Positions 37,410-50,210 of a stretch of 64,000 nucleotides of DNA are shown piece by piece (position 1 is the stretch's first letter; each line of letters starts with the position of its first letter). Below the pieces are notes generated by a model. It did not search any database. It was not told where the DNA came from and saw nothing but the letters and a program-made list of their open reading frames with translations. The stretch is from Felis catus (lineage: Eukaryota): positions 46,316,001 to 46,380,000 of the forward strand of contig NC_058368.1 of assembly GCF_018350175.1 (NCBI RefSeq), read 5' to 3'. The position numbers and the translations under genes are program-made.

Positions 37410-40400
37410 TTGTGGGGAATGCACATAAGCAATTTGGATGCAATATTATTCCAAATCTTCTAATAGTTTATTTGAAATGAGGTTTTAAAAAGTATATCAC
37501 ATTTCGAGTTGGCCAAGTGATTTCTTGGAAAATAACCTCAAGTAAGTAAATTTCCCCTAAACCATATATTTTTTTTGTTTTTCTTTTTCTTATATAGTTC
37601 CTCAATTAAAAAAAATTCTACAATATTTATCTCACTTTTTGAGTCTAATCTAGTTTGAATAACCAAATTAAGATAAAATGGTCTCTTTTATATACCTAGA
37701 GAATTAATTACTTCTTAGAAGTGAAGCCCACTGGTAGTTGTAGTTATTCTTGTATTAAATGATATTCTAGCCACCATTCAGAGTTAAAGTTCCTCACTTA
37801 ATTCCACCACAAATCCTAAACATGGAATTATTAAATGCCCAACTCATTTAGACACAGCACAAAGAGCCTAAAAGATCACTTTACAAAGGTTAATAATGTC
37901 AAAGCAATATATTAAATATGTGTGCCTCAATAAATATATCACCTTTATTCAACTACAAAGAAACAAAAGTTGATGATTATGGCAATATAGTGTCAAAGTA
38001 AAAACAGTACATTTGAGAGCTTTCATTTTAATAATGAGGCCATGTTTTGGATTTCAGTAGATTTTTAAACACCTTAATAGGATACACCTTAGAAGGTATT
38101 TATGAATAATTTCAATTTAGACATGTTCCCCAATTAAATTAACACTAACTTATTTACTGAATCTGTTGAATATACAAACAACCCCCTTGAAGAAAATTTT
38201 TGTAATGTCCCTGTCAGCTTAATGAGTTTTCATTTCTTAAAAAAGGAAAAGAAATAATATTTTCATATAATATACTTAGAAACAGCAAAGTTGGTAAAAC
38301 TCCAATTTAAATGCTTTAGCTCCATTAAAAGCTTCATTGTAAAATCTCTATGACATAGTTTTTAATGAAGAATACTTAGTTACTGCCATGATTTTTTTCC
38401 ATTTACTTCATGAAGACAGTTAAGGTTCAATATAAATTCAAACTCATTAGCTCAATACTGTCTGAATCTTAGAGTAAATTGTTCAGAAGTGGGTAATGAA
38501 AACTCAATTCAAATTCTTCAGCAATCAAACAAAGCAATTTTATTAAACAATGAAAAGAATCAATTAAAGTGGATATCTTTATTATCTTTATTATTTTACA
38601 AGAAACCATGACAGCTTTTGGCTAAAAAAAAGTTTATAGCTTCATCCAGAAATGACTCACATAAAAGAAATTTCTCCAGCTTGTTCCTACACTATGATAT
38701 AAAAGTTCACTTCCATATTCACAAATGGATCTACTTTATTTCTCTACTCACACCCTTTTTGATGCTTATACGAAGGTCCTAGTCAAACATGCAAAAACTG
38801 TAAGTATGTGAATTTTTCAAACGTATGGTGTCAAGAAAATATTTGATGGTGAAACATGATAAAAATTCGACTCCACAATGCCTTTATCGAGGTATGTGCA
38901 AATTTTTTCTTTAAATGTTTACTTTTTATAGTATCATTTAAAACAAGTGTTGAGGCATAATCACTGACAATTGGTATAGAAATAACACTTTGGAATAAAT
39001 GTTATTTGAAAATGAAAACTGGATAGGGAATTTATAATTAATGGATAATTTTCCCTACACATTTCATTTAAAATACCAATAAATGCAAGCATTACATTTT
39101 CATAGTATGTTGCTTATTTGAAGATAATTGATGGACTGAGTACAGAAAAATACTCACATTCATTATTTTAAATTCAGTTTGAGTTCTGCTTATATCTATT
39201 ATCTACTTTTGTTTCTCTGTTCACTTGAACCAATTTCTCCTTTTATTTGAATTCTGATTGCCAGTTAATACATTGGAAAAAGTCATTTTTCCAAATATAT
39301 TTCAGTTTTACTCTCATAGTGGAGAAGCACTGTGACTATTTTTTTCACATTATCAAGGTATAAAATATTAAGCCAAACTTCTGACTGAATCATTCTGAAG
39401 CAGATTATAGACAAAATACTATCTATTTTCACATCTCTTTTGCATCACAGGGTATTAGTCCCTTGTGTGAGGGTAAATATCAATCATCCACATGTGAATT
39501 TTCCATAGCAAGTTGATAACACTAGATTGGATTTTCCCACTACATAAAATGCTCCTAGCCATCTCCACCAATCATCATTTGTTAAATACTCATGATGTTA
39601 GCTCATTTGGGTAATAAATAGAGCAAACAATTAAGAAACTAAGTCTGATGAAAAATATACAATATATAACTAAGTCAGCTGTAAGTGATTTCTGCATTAT
39701 TTATAACATCCTTTTCCTATTAGCATGAATAAATAAGAATTGAAAATAGGCCATTTCAGAACAAGACATACCCATAGTTATTAAATGTATGATTTCAAGT
39801 GCTTTGGTTTAAGCCAATATGTTTAGTGATATAAGCCAGTATATATGTACTATGCCTACATGCAAACATATATATATACACACTTGTATACCTTTAAAAT
39901 TAACGTTTACTACTGTGACCACAGGAAATCTTGCAAGAGACAGAAGATAAAATATATAGGAAATTCTAATATTTGGTAAGGAGAGTTAGAAACAAACAAA
40001 AAAAATACCTGATGCATCTCTCTTTCCCCATTCTTATTGAATCAAACTGTTTCTTGACTTTACAGTGGAAGAACAAGGTGAAGTTGATATAGCCTTCAGG
40101 TCCCCAAAGAACATATACTATCATAGGTTGTCAAGGCATGTATGTAAAAACTCATAAAACACAATAAAATTATAAGATGGTTTAAGCAAAGGAAAATGGT
40201 CATGGGTTCATGAAAAGACTCAGTGGATCCAACTGTTGATTACTTGACATTTGTATTCATATTTTAATGTCGGGAGGAAGGAACTGAAGGGAAAGAGATT
40301 TCCCATACCTAGTCTTACACACAGATTGTGGAGAAGCGCAGGAACAGTGTCAGGCTAGACAGCTGCTTACGTAGGTTCAGCTGCAGGTAGAACACAACAG

Positions 40401-43295
40401 GCGGCTGCTATATGCTTAAATTAAGAAGCGTAACCACAAGCACAATGAAGGCCCGCTATTAATGCTATGCCATGATTTTGGTGGAGTGAAAATTAACAAA
40501 TGGAGTCTTGCAACACACACAGCCAGAGGTAAGCGGGTACATAAATGTAAGAAAGGAAGTTGAAATAAAATACCTGATTACCAATTCTGTCTCTAGCTTA
40601 AAAACTATTAATTTTGCATTCTATAGTATCTGAAACAATTCACTTACCTGCCTATATACACATATTACACATATACACATATACACCTGCCTAATATACA
40701 CATATTAAGAATTTATCAATAAAAATGTACAAATATCTGGAACTTAAATACAAAAAGCGATTGTGTGTTTAGTTTTCCTTTGTGTAAAAAGATGTGTATT
40801 CTTCAGGGACAAGCAGAGTGATCTTAAGATCTAGTGTAACTGAAACGTGAATTTGTAAAGACTGGGTATGGAACTTTCTCTGCAATCTTACACGCTTCCC
40901 ACCCCAACATTAAAACATAGCTATACGTTCTGAAAAAAAGCAAACAGCTGGATGCACTATCTCCGTCTTTTTACAAGCTCAGACTACTTTTCTTGGCTTG
41001 CTCCAGTTTATATTTTGTCTTATTCTGTGATACGTATCTTATGATGGACCAAGTTTTAAATGCAGAAATATACTGCTTTGGGGAGAAACCCTTAAATTTT
41101 GAAAGCTATCCCTACTCTAAAGGTAGTCAGATTATGGGACATTCAGAACTGCTGAGTTACAAGTATTAAATGGCTTTCTTTTTCCTCTAATTTGTGCCTT
41201 CAAACACATTTTGCCAAGGCTCCCTTTTCTGCCCCTTAATAACCTTGAGTATTAAAAAATCCATTCTAGTTAACGCTCATCTCTGTTTCTCCATCTCTAT
41301 CAGCACTGGCCATCCCTAAGAACCTAGGTGGCCTGGAAGACAATGGCTTGGATAGTTTTTCATCCATCCTCCTTCTCTCCTTCTCCTGGATAGTAGGATA
41401 AAGGTCTCCGACTCAACCAGTTCCACCTCAAGTTCTCTCTGCTTCTACGACTATGCCTATCAGCCACTTACATCTTCCACATGGCAGGTGCCTAAATGCT
41501 AAGTATCTCCTACTAAGTCATGCCTGATCCTTTAAGAGGGTCCCTTCCAGAGGAACTTCCTAGAAGCACAAGTCGCTAACAATGGAAATCTTCAGCTTCC
41601 CGCTCTTCTAAACTCCCCAAACTGCCACTGCCGCTTACCAATAAGGTCCTTCTCTTGGTGTGGGTCGTCTTGTTCCGATGATGTCCACTCTCTAGCCTGC
41701 CACCTATCAATTCCTTATCCCCCTGCTCAAATATATACAGAAAACAGATCAGCAGTTCACACCAAAATAGAAACCCAGCTCTGAAATAAGGGGAAGGCAC
41801 CTGTAAACTTGGAAAGCCTCCCTTCAACTGGTGGTGTGGAAACGCTCTCAAAAAGGGATCACTGAGTCACAGCCCTCCCAGTAGATGCTGTCTCTTCACT
41901 GCAAGGATTTCTTCAAACCCCTCTCTCTACGGTCATACTCTCTTATAATGAGGCAGGAGGATATTTGTGGGGCCTGGATGATAGTTAAGATAGGCTGGTT
42001 CAGGTGCTATTGATACGTAGCAGCTGCTTTTTACTTTCTTTAAAATGAGGGGTACCTGGTACCTTTTGTTCTTGTGTGGGACCACAGGAAAAATTCTACT
42101 GAATATCTGGTGACATGGTATATTCAATAGAACCAACAATAAATATGGCTAGAGTATAAATAAAATTTTAGTAATTGATTCTTGTGAGTAAACTGAAATA
42201 AAGGAAAGAAATGTGAATCCTCAGCATTTGGAATGTTATTTTGCAAATCAACTGAAACAATTATCAATTGAGACAGAGGTGCGAAAAAAAAAGATTACCA
42301 TGAAAAAATAATTAAAGAAGGATTAAATGCGTAGATAATCATTGGCAAAGAAAGATCACCTTGTTTTGTGGGACACAATTTTTAAGTAGAAAAGAAAATG
42401 TAAAATGCTTTGGGAAAGGATATTATTACTGTTTAATTTAAAAAAAAACACAACAAAACACAAACTTGGTTATGTGTATGAGTGGCACCAAATATCCTAG
42501 CCCCGATAATCATATTTATTATTCAACCCTGCATATATGTAATGAGGAATAGATTCCAAAAAGGAACGCCATAGTGTATTTTTATGAATTTTAGATAGAA
42601 TATATGTCAAACACAAAACTAAAGTGACCTGTAAAAAAAGAATGTCTTTCAACTACCATGCATTAAAATAGTAAAAGTACATGTAAATGTTATTACCCTT
42701 TATACTTAGGTAACATGTAACTATTCATTCAGATCTTCCCACAGGCTGACCCTGATAAAGAAGGAAATCTCAAAGGGACTAACGGTCACACCACCGCTTA
42801 GTGAGTGACACTGATAGACTGTGACGGGAACCTGACATTGTCAAGATTCGTTTACAATGAAAATGATGGCAAGAGCAGGCATTTACTACATACCATTGGA
42901 GACCACTTAGAAGGATGTCAACACTACCTTAACAATGGAAACAAGACTATTCAGTGAAAGCAAATACTAGTCACAGACACTACAGATGTTTAGTTGTTAT
43001 TTCAAAGGTAAGTGAGAATATACAAGTTACTTGCTTTTTCACCTTAAAAATGAAATATAAAATGTCAACAGTACTCCTAGTGTTTTGCATAAACAGGAGA
43101 CACAGTTCTCTCCTGAGTTAATGTAATGTAATCCTTTTAAATCTTTTTTCTTCTGGATAATGATCTGAGTTGATTTACGTTAGCATATATAAACACTGAA
43201 ATCTTTTGGTGTTTTGGTTCAACTTCATCAAATTACTTTATTTTAGAATGGAGAGGAAGTCATATTTTACGGGAACAATTAATTAGGGTCACAAT

Positions 43296-43405
43296 TAAAA
43301 AACAAAACAAAACAACAAAGCAAATAAAATAAAATAAAGTAAAATAAAATAAAATAAAATAAAATAAAATAAAATAAAATAAAATAAAATAAAATAAAAT
43401 AAAAA
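43296..43405. repeat. (TAAAA)n pentanucleotide microsatellite with (CAAAA)n lead-in
   Basis: Seen directly. Confidence 0.95.
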
Positions 43406-43816
43406 ACATCCAGTTTCAGTGCAGTGCCTCAGCAAAGAAAACACCACAAATGCCTCCTGGCTGGTATTGCAAAATAACACCCACAGAGCAGGACATTTCC
43501 AGAGTCTAAAATTTGTATACGTACACATCTCATGTTTGATTTGGAACCGCTGGGGAAAAACAAATCTGGTTGGCTGTTATGTAACCAATCCTGCTTAGCT
43601 TATGTTCTAACATCAACTTACTTTTTTTCCTTAGAGGGAAAGAATAGTATTTCCATAAATTCTAACTATCTCACTACCATTAAATAGGAGTCATTTAAGT
43701 AAACATGTTACTCTCCCAGCAATATTTAGATATATTTTCTTTAGTTATCTATCATTCAACTTTACTCTCTGTTACCTGAGTGTTAAATATTTGTCCATTA
43801 GAAATTTAAAACTCTT

Positions 43817-44029
43817 GGGGCGCCTGGGTGGCGCAGTCGGTTAAGCGTCCAACTTCAGCCAGGTCACGATCTCGCGGTCCGTGAGTTCGAGCCCCGCGTC
43901 GGGCTCTGAGAGCCTGGAGCCTGTTTCCGATTCTGTGTCTCCCTCTCTCTCTGCCCCTCCCCCGTTCATGCTCTGTCTCTCTCTGTCCCAAAAATAAATA
44001 AACGTTGAAAAAAAAAATTAAAAAAAAAA
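43817..44029 (+). mobile_element. Young felid Can-SINE with a short internal deletion
   Basis: Perfect 17-bp TSD agaaatttaaaactctt (43800-43816 and 44030-44046). Lacks the ggctgatggctc segment seen in sister copies. Confidence 0.97.
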
Positions 44030-44107
44030 AGAAATTTAAAACTCTTACAAGAAGGCTTCTATTTTACCTGTGATGTTTTCTTTTGAGAGCAGAGCTATTT
44101 TGACACA

Positions 44108-44253
44108 TTATATATCTTTTTGACATATATATACATGTATATATATTCTATGTATATACATATATATATTCTATATATATACACATATATATTGATGATA
44201 ATATAACATATAGATATATATACATATACATATATATTGATGATAATATAACA
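44108..44253. repeat. (TA)n-rich tract with a duplicated atatatatattgatgataatataaca unit
   Basis: Seen directly. Confidence 0.85.
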
Positions 44254-45729
44254 TTGGTGCTATTAAAGTCCCTGGACTCATCAGAACAATGCCTATAGCC
44301 AGATTTCTTCACCAAGTGGAGACATTTCTATTTCCTTGCATATTCTGCAAAGCTGTTGAAAGTGGCATAAGTTAACAAGCTATACAAAGTGACGTATAAA
44401 ATACTAGAATCAGAGCCACTTATTTTTTGTAGTTGAATATTCTTCACCATCGCTAATGATTATTGAACTAAAAAGAATAAGAAACAAATTGTAAAATCAG
44501 AGCTGAAGTTCAAGTCACTAGTATCAAATGGAATACATAAGAGGATCCTTAAAGAAGAGGGAGACATATAAAAAACAATTATCCTGAAAATCTTTGAGGA
44601 ATCATGGAAAACCAGAACAGCATTAGGTAACTTACGATACACAATGGCTTACATTTTAAAAGCCTTGACCTTAAATTCATAAAAATTATTAGAATGAATT
44701 GTTGTATACAGAATTCAATACTGTATGTATTTTCCCTGATTTCATACCAAAATCCAGAAAGTTTTGATACAACTTGAAATAAAAGAAGGAAGGCCATTAC
44801 TATAAAGATAAAAGGTTAAATACTTTATGTGGAGAAGACAGAGATAATTATATCAGAAAACACTTTGCTTTTTGATGCTGCTGTTTTCTTTGGATTCATT
44901 AGCACCATGCTCTAAGTGTTAACCAGGTAAAATCGATTCCCTAAACAAAACAAAACAAAAGCAGACTTAGAGTAATTAGTTACATAGGACTCGAGGAAAG
45001 AAATAGTAGCCAAATTTTATATCCAATTTGTATGGATTAAATATTTAGGTGTTTTGTTGATATGGACTATAAAATGGTTGGAAGCAAGAGCCAAATGTCT
45101 CTATTTAGTGGAAATCATATTGCAACAGATTGGTTAATTTCTACAGCTAAACTATAACACTAGCTATTATGGACAGTATAGAAATAACAATACTAAAAAC
45201 ATGTAAGCTTTCCAATCTAAAATGTATTCATGAAATTCTTCAAAATAAAGCAGTTGGGTATAATGTATCCAGTTTAACTGCATCTTTTAACCTTTCTCAC
45301 TGCCAATGTCAATGAATTTCTACCTTTTCCCACTTTAACTCATCAAATTATTTTTCCATTAGGCAAACAAATGAACTAGAAATTCTCCTCTCTAAGGATA
45401 TTGTAATTTCCCTATAGATTTACAATTACATCAAATAAAATTTCAAGTTAATATACTTTATATACTGTTAGTAGTGTAATCAACGTCGTGGTATATAATA
45501 TTAACAATTTTATGTTCATGCATAAGTGTTGTTCATGGTCAGTTGAAATCAGTTTTCATTTCCATTGTTTTATACAGTGTTTTCAGTTTTAAATGATTTA
45601 TGTTGAAATTGAAAAATTTTCTCACTTGAGCCAAATTGCTATTAAATTTTCCAAAAAGCATAAAACCCCCGTAGGTAGCATGGCATACTCGTGGAAATCA
45701 TCTCGATATTTCTCTATCTGTATGGATCT

Positions 45730-46090
45730 ACATCTTAAATTATCTTCTCCCCAAACCTAGTTAGCCTTAAAGAATGACATCACCAGCTAGTTTATAAGCC
45801 AGAAACCTAGGGATCATCTTTATCTCCTCTTCTCTGTGTGCCACAAATGACCAATTCCATTTCATGTCCTGTTGATTTCATCTACGTCATTTATCTCTAC
45901 TTCTATATCATCATTACTTTTAAGTACAAATCTGACACTATCATTCCCCTGCTTAGAGGACTTCAGTTGTTTCCCACTGTTATTAAGGAAAGACCCAACA
46001 CTTCTTGTCTTAATGTAAGCACCACGTGGGCAGACCTATGTAGCTTTTGTTCATCATTGTATCCCCAGCATTTAACAGAGTAGGAATAAC
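45730..46090 (+). mobile_element. L2 fragments
   Basis: aagccagaaacctagggatcatcttt...ttgttcatcattgtatccccagcatttaacagagtagg. Confidence 0.65.
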
Positions 46091-49000
46091 TCTCAGTTCT
46101 TGAGTTGAAAACTGCAATTCTCAGACCAATTTTTACCTTCACATGAGGGAAACTTCAATGTGGATTTTAAAAATGCTAAGCTATGGCCATTGTTCTTGAC
46201 CAGCTTACAGTGTGGGAGAGAGAGATACAAATATAAACATATGTACATAATTTTATCTTTGACTGGAATGAAAGAGAAGATGAAGAAGAAGACATAGGTT
46301 TGGTATTCTGAAAATAAGCTTGACAGAACTGGGTAATCATTTGGATACAAATGGGGATGAAGAGAATAAAATGTGAAAGATGATCTGAGTATCTAGACTA
46401 ACAGGATGTGTGGAGATATTATTAAGGAGTGATGATGATAATGATGATGATGATATCTAACATGTATTGTCTACTTTCAATGTGTTAGGCACTGCGGTAA
46501 TAAGGTTTTATACATACTATCCAATGAATCTTTGGAAACTCTGAGGTAGATCCACATTACTGTTATAAAGGTTGATTTAATTTACCCCAGGATTTAGATT
46601 CTGGAATTCTGAACATGCAATCCAAAATTTTAGTCACCTAATGAGGAAGATCTGATTTAAAAATAAATGAAGAATTAGTTCGATTTTGGACATACTAAAT
46701 ACGAAATGCTTCAGGAACAGTCAAATAAAGATTGACAATAAGCAGTGAGAAATACGGAACTGAAATTTGGAAGAAAAGCAGATACTCAGTGAGGAAGATG
46801 TGGATGTCTTTGACTTGTAGGTAGGAGATTAAGCTGTGATGCTTGGAGAGGGCATAGAAAGTATAAAGATACTTCTACTAAAAGTGTATTTGTACTGTAA
46901 GCCACATAATAAACCCCAAATAAGCCAGATGAATGATTTAAAAATAAAACAAGTAGAAGAAAAAGAAGCCCAAGAAACTGAGCAGGACCAAGCAAATATT
47001 GGTATATGACTCTTAAAATAAATTCTTAGCACAAAAGAGTACCAATGTCCATAATATTCAGGTCTCTCCACTTACTTCTAAACTATAATATTCTTTTTAA
47101 TAAGAAAATCAACATGAATTACTGAGAGATCTTGGGTCCTTAATTAATACTGAATGAATGAATGTAGGACATTATGACTAGATGTAAAGATTTAACAATC
47201 CTAACCACTATTTAGGTAAACAGACTGAACCGGGACAAACAAACAAAAAACACAAATAGACACAGCTAAGCATAGCTTGAAAAGATGCCATTCGCCCAAT
47301 TTGTAATACGATAAATAATTAGAATATCCAACAATTACAAGGTCCCCCTAAGAACATTAAGGAGAGAGGCAGCTTTAAATCAAAAGACTACATATCACAA
47401 ATAACTCAGCACATTTGAAGGACCATTGAAATAATATTATATTATAGTGGTGAGATTACATGCAGATGGCAGGCCTGTTGAAAGCTACTGTTTATATGAA
47501 ACCAAATCATTCTTTCCATAGCTTTTATTATATGTAGTGAAGACATACAATTCAAAGCACTTTTCATCAGTTTTTCATAGGCAGACATAACAGGTGATTT
47601 TCAAGGTCAAAATGACCACTATAATTTCAGTTGCTAGCAATGAAAAAAATACTTAAGATGATTAGCATTAATGTGGATAATTTCATTTCCACACTTTTAA
47701 CTCCAATTTGGGAATTAAATATAAGCATTCATTTTTCTCCCAAGAATAAATGCATATGCTTTTAGATTGGTGTCACAATGTGAATTAGAATAAGATAAAT
47801 GGTTACAAAATGTGTTTTGAAATGAGGATTGATTTTCTGATAATATCAACACTCTTAGGTCAATAGAAAGTAAAACTTAAACATCCTTATTCATTTTTTA
47901 TTTAAAAAATATCTACTGTAACTATTATAACCATAGTGTGACCAATGAAAAATATAAGGAGAATGCAACCAACCTAAGGTCACACAATGATTCAGTGTCA
48001 GAATTGAGTGTTAACATGGGTTTTATGTTCATTTAACACACACACACAAACACACACACATGCACACACTGTAGTATTGGAAAAAATCATTTTAATCATT
48101 TTTCTTCAATAAAATTTTCCCAACATCAATGCTAAAAAGATGCATGCCTTGTTAAAAGAAATAATGAATGTGGAAATTGCCATCTTTTCTAAGGTGATCA
48201 AATAGAAAAATCAGAATTTTCAAAAGTCTTAAACTTATAAAAGCAATATCTATACAAATTGTCTTTATCTGTACTAAAGATATTGTATTTCACATGTTTT
48301 CAGAGTAAAGAGACCTCTATTAAAAAATTATCATCGAGGGAGGGATCCTTATTATTGAATAACAAATAGTGATCTAATTGTAGAAAAGACCCTTTATTAA
48401 AGAAAAATATTATTATCTGTTATTTTCCTTTGTGATCCCCAAATTTGTCTTAAATAATTTCATTATCCCCTCCAATATTAAAATATTTCACTATTTCTAA
48501 TTTTTCTCTGTTCTACCACACATGTTCTCTCACATCATTACACAGGGAATGTTAGAACCACTGTCAACAGCACACAGGTGCTGTCATTTAGATGTACCTG
48601 GCCTAACACCTGGGTAAATACACCTTGTTAAATGTTGCTCTTAATTAAAATAACTTATATTAAATAGCTATTTAAGACTTCAGTTAGTAGGCTAAAACGC
48701 AATTTTTCAAAACAAATTAAATACCTCAAGATCTTCCTTTAGTTTAAATGGTCTGTACAGAAAGTGTTTTTCCTCCTTGGTAAATCCTGAAATTTTGTTC
48801 TATGAGATTTCTTGTAAAAAGCTGGATTTTGCAAAGAAATCTCTTGAACATATTTTGTACCTTATCATGTATTTGAATCATGTTCTCAAAGAATTATAAT
48901 TCTGATATGTATACATCGATAAACAAAAATTCAAAAATAACTTATTGTTTAATGGCTTATGTGTATAACACGATGGGGGACTTTTTTGTATATTTATGTA

Positions 49001-49519
49001 TCATCTATTTTAAATTTAATAAATCCAAAAAAGTATTAAGAGTTTTAGAATAGAATGCTTATTTTTAAATGTGTCAAATTTCTACTTACTGTGAAAATAA
49101 TTTTTGAAAATATTCTCATGTGAATTTGCTCAGGCTAATATTAATATATGTTTAAGTTCTGGCCTTGAAAAAGATTTCATGTTCTTGTTTATCCAAAAGT
49201 CAAGTTAATACTGCATATTAAAAATCTTGGAGAGGAAACAGGACAAAACCAGCAGACTATTAAGAATACGATGTAACCACATCAAATAGAAAAAAAAATA
49301 GAAATAGGACAGAAAACACAAATAACTTTTTAAAATATCAATATATAATCACACAAAGCGAACTTGAGGTCAAGAATGTTAGTGTACAGGACAAGGAGCA
49401 AGCAATTATATTTAAAACACCACTATACATATATAATTCATGTTTATGTATATATTTGAATAGAGTTGAATATACATAGAGTTGTTGGGGCACAAAGTGG
49501 ACACCGAAATCATTCATTA

Positions 49520-50210
49520 CCTTTTTTAACATATATCAAACATCTATTGTGTATCAGGCAGTGTTGTGAGCACCAGGACTAGAGCAGTAAAGCAAGCAGT
49601 TAAAAATCTGTATCTTCCTGGAGTTTATATTCTAGTTGGGAGGCAGATAGAGAAAACAACGAGCAGATAAATAAATAAAGTGACACTGCAGGTTAAATGA
49701 GATCCCGATCACAGAAGATTGAAAGAATGTATGTGATGTATGTGTGCACATGTAAGCATGTGTGTTAGGAGAGCACCCCGGAAAGACCTTGCTGAGAAGA
49801 CTTCACCATCAAGCACAATCCTCTCATTTTGCAGCAGAGGAAACTGGGGTTCTGAATGATTAAATGAAACTCAGGAGGCCATATAACTCTTTCGGAAAAG
49901 AGCAGGATTTGGAGTACATTTACTGCCTGATCCTTGGACCTAAATCCTTTCTACTTCGCAACAGAACACATCGAGTTGAGAGAATTGCCTGGGCTGTTCA
50001 AGAAGGCACAGCAAACATAAATGGTGGGTCTGGATGACAGCTGGTCGCTCCACTGATGGAGGAGAAAGTACATATTAGGAAAGCATCAGAAGTCAGAAAG
50101 AATTAGGTAGGCTAGGGCCAGATTATGAAAGTTCTCAGATGTCAGGATGATGAGTTTGGTCATCATCTTAGGCAGGGGAGAGATATGATTAAAGCAATGT
50201 ATCAGATGGT
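49520..50210 (-). mobile_element. L2 fragments with an embedded MIR (about 49815-49940)
   Basis: aacatctattgtgtatcaggcagtgttg...ggagtttatattctagttgggag; cctctcattttgcagcagaggaaactgggg. Confidence 0.65.

Noticed and set aside
41340..41930. GC-elevated stretch with a 91-aa minus-strand ORF (41576-41851), considered as a hidden exon or retrocopy
   Set aside because: No recognisable homology, poly(A) tail or TSD; could be an old repeat that I cannot assign by eye.
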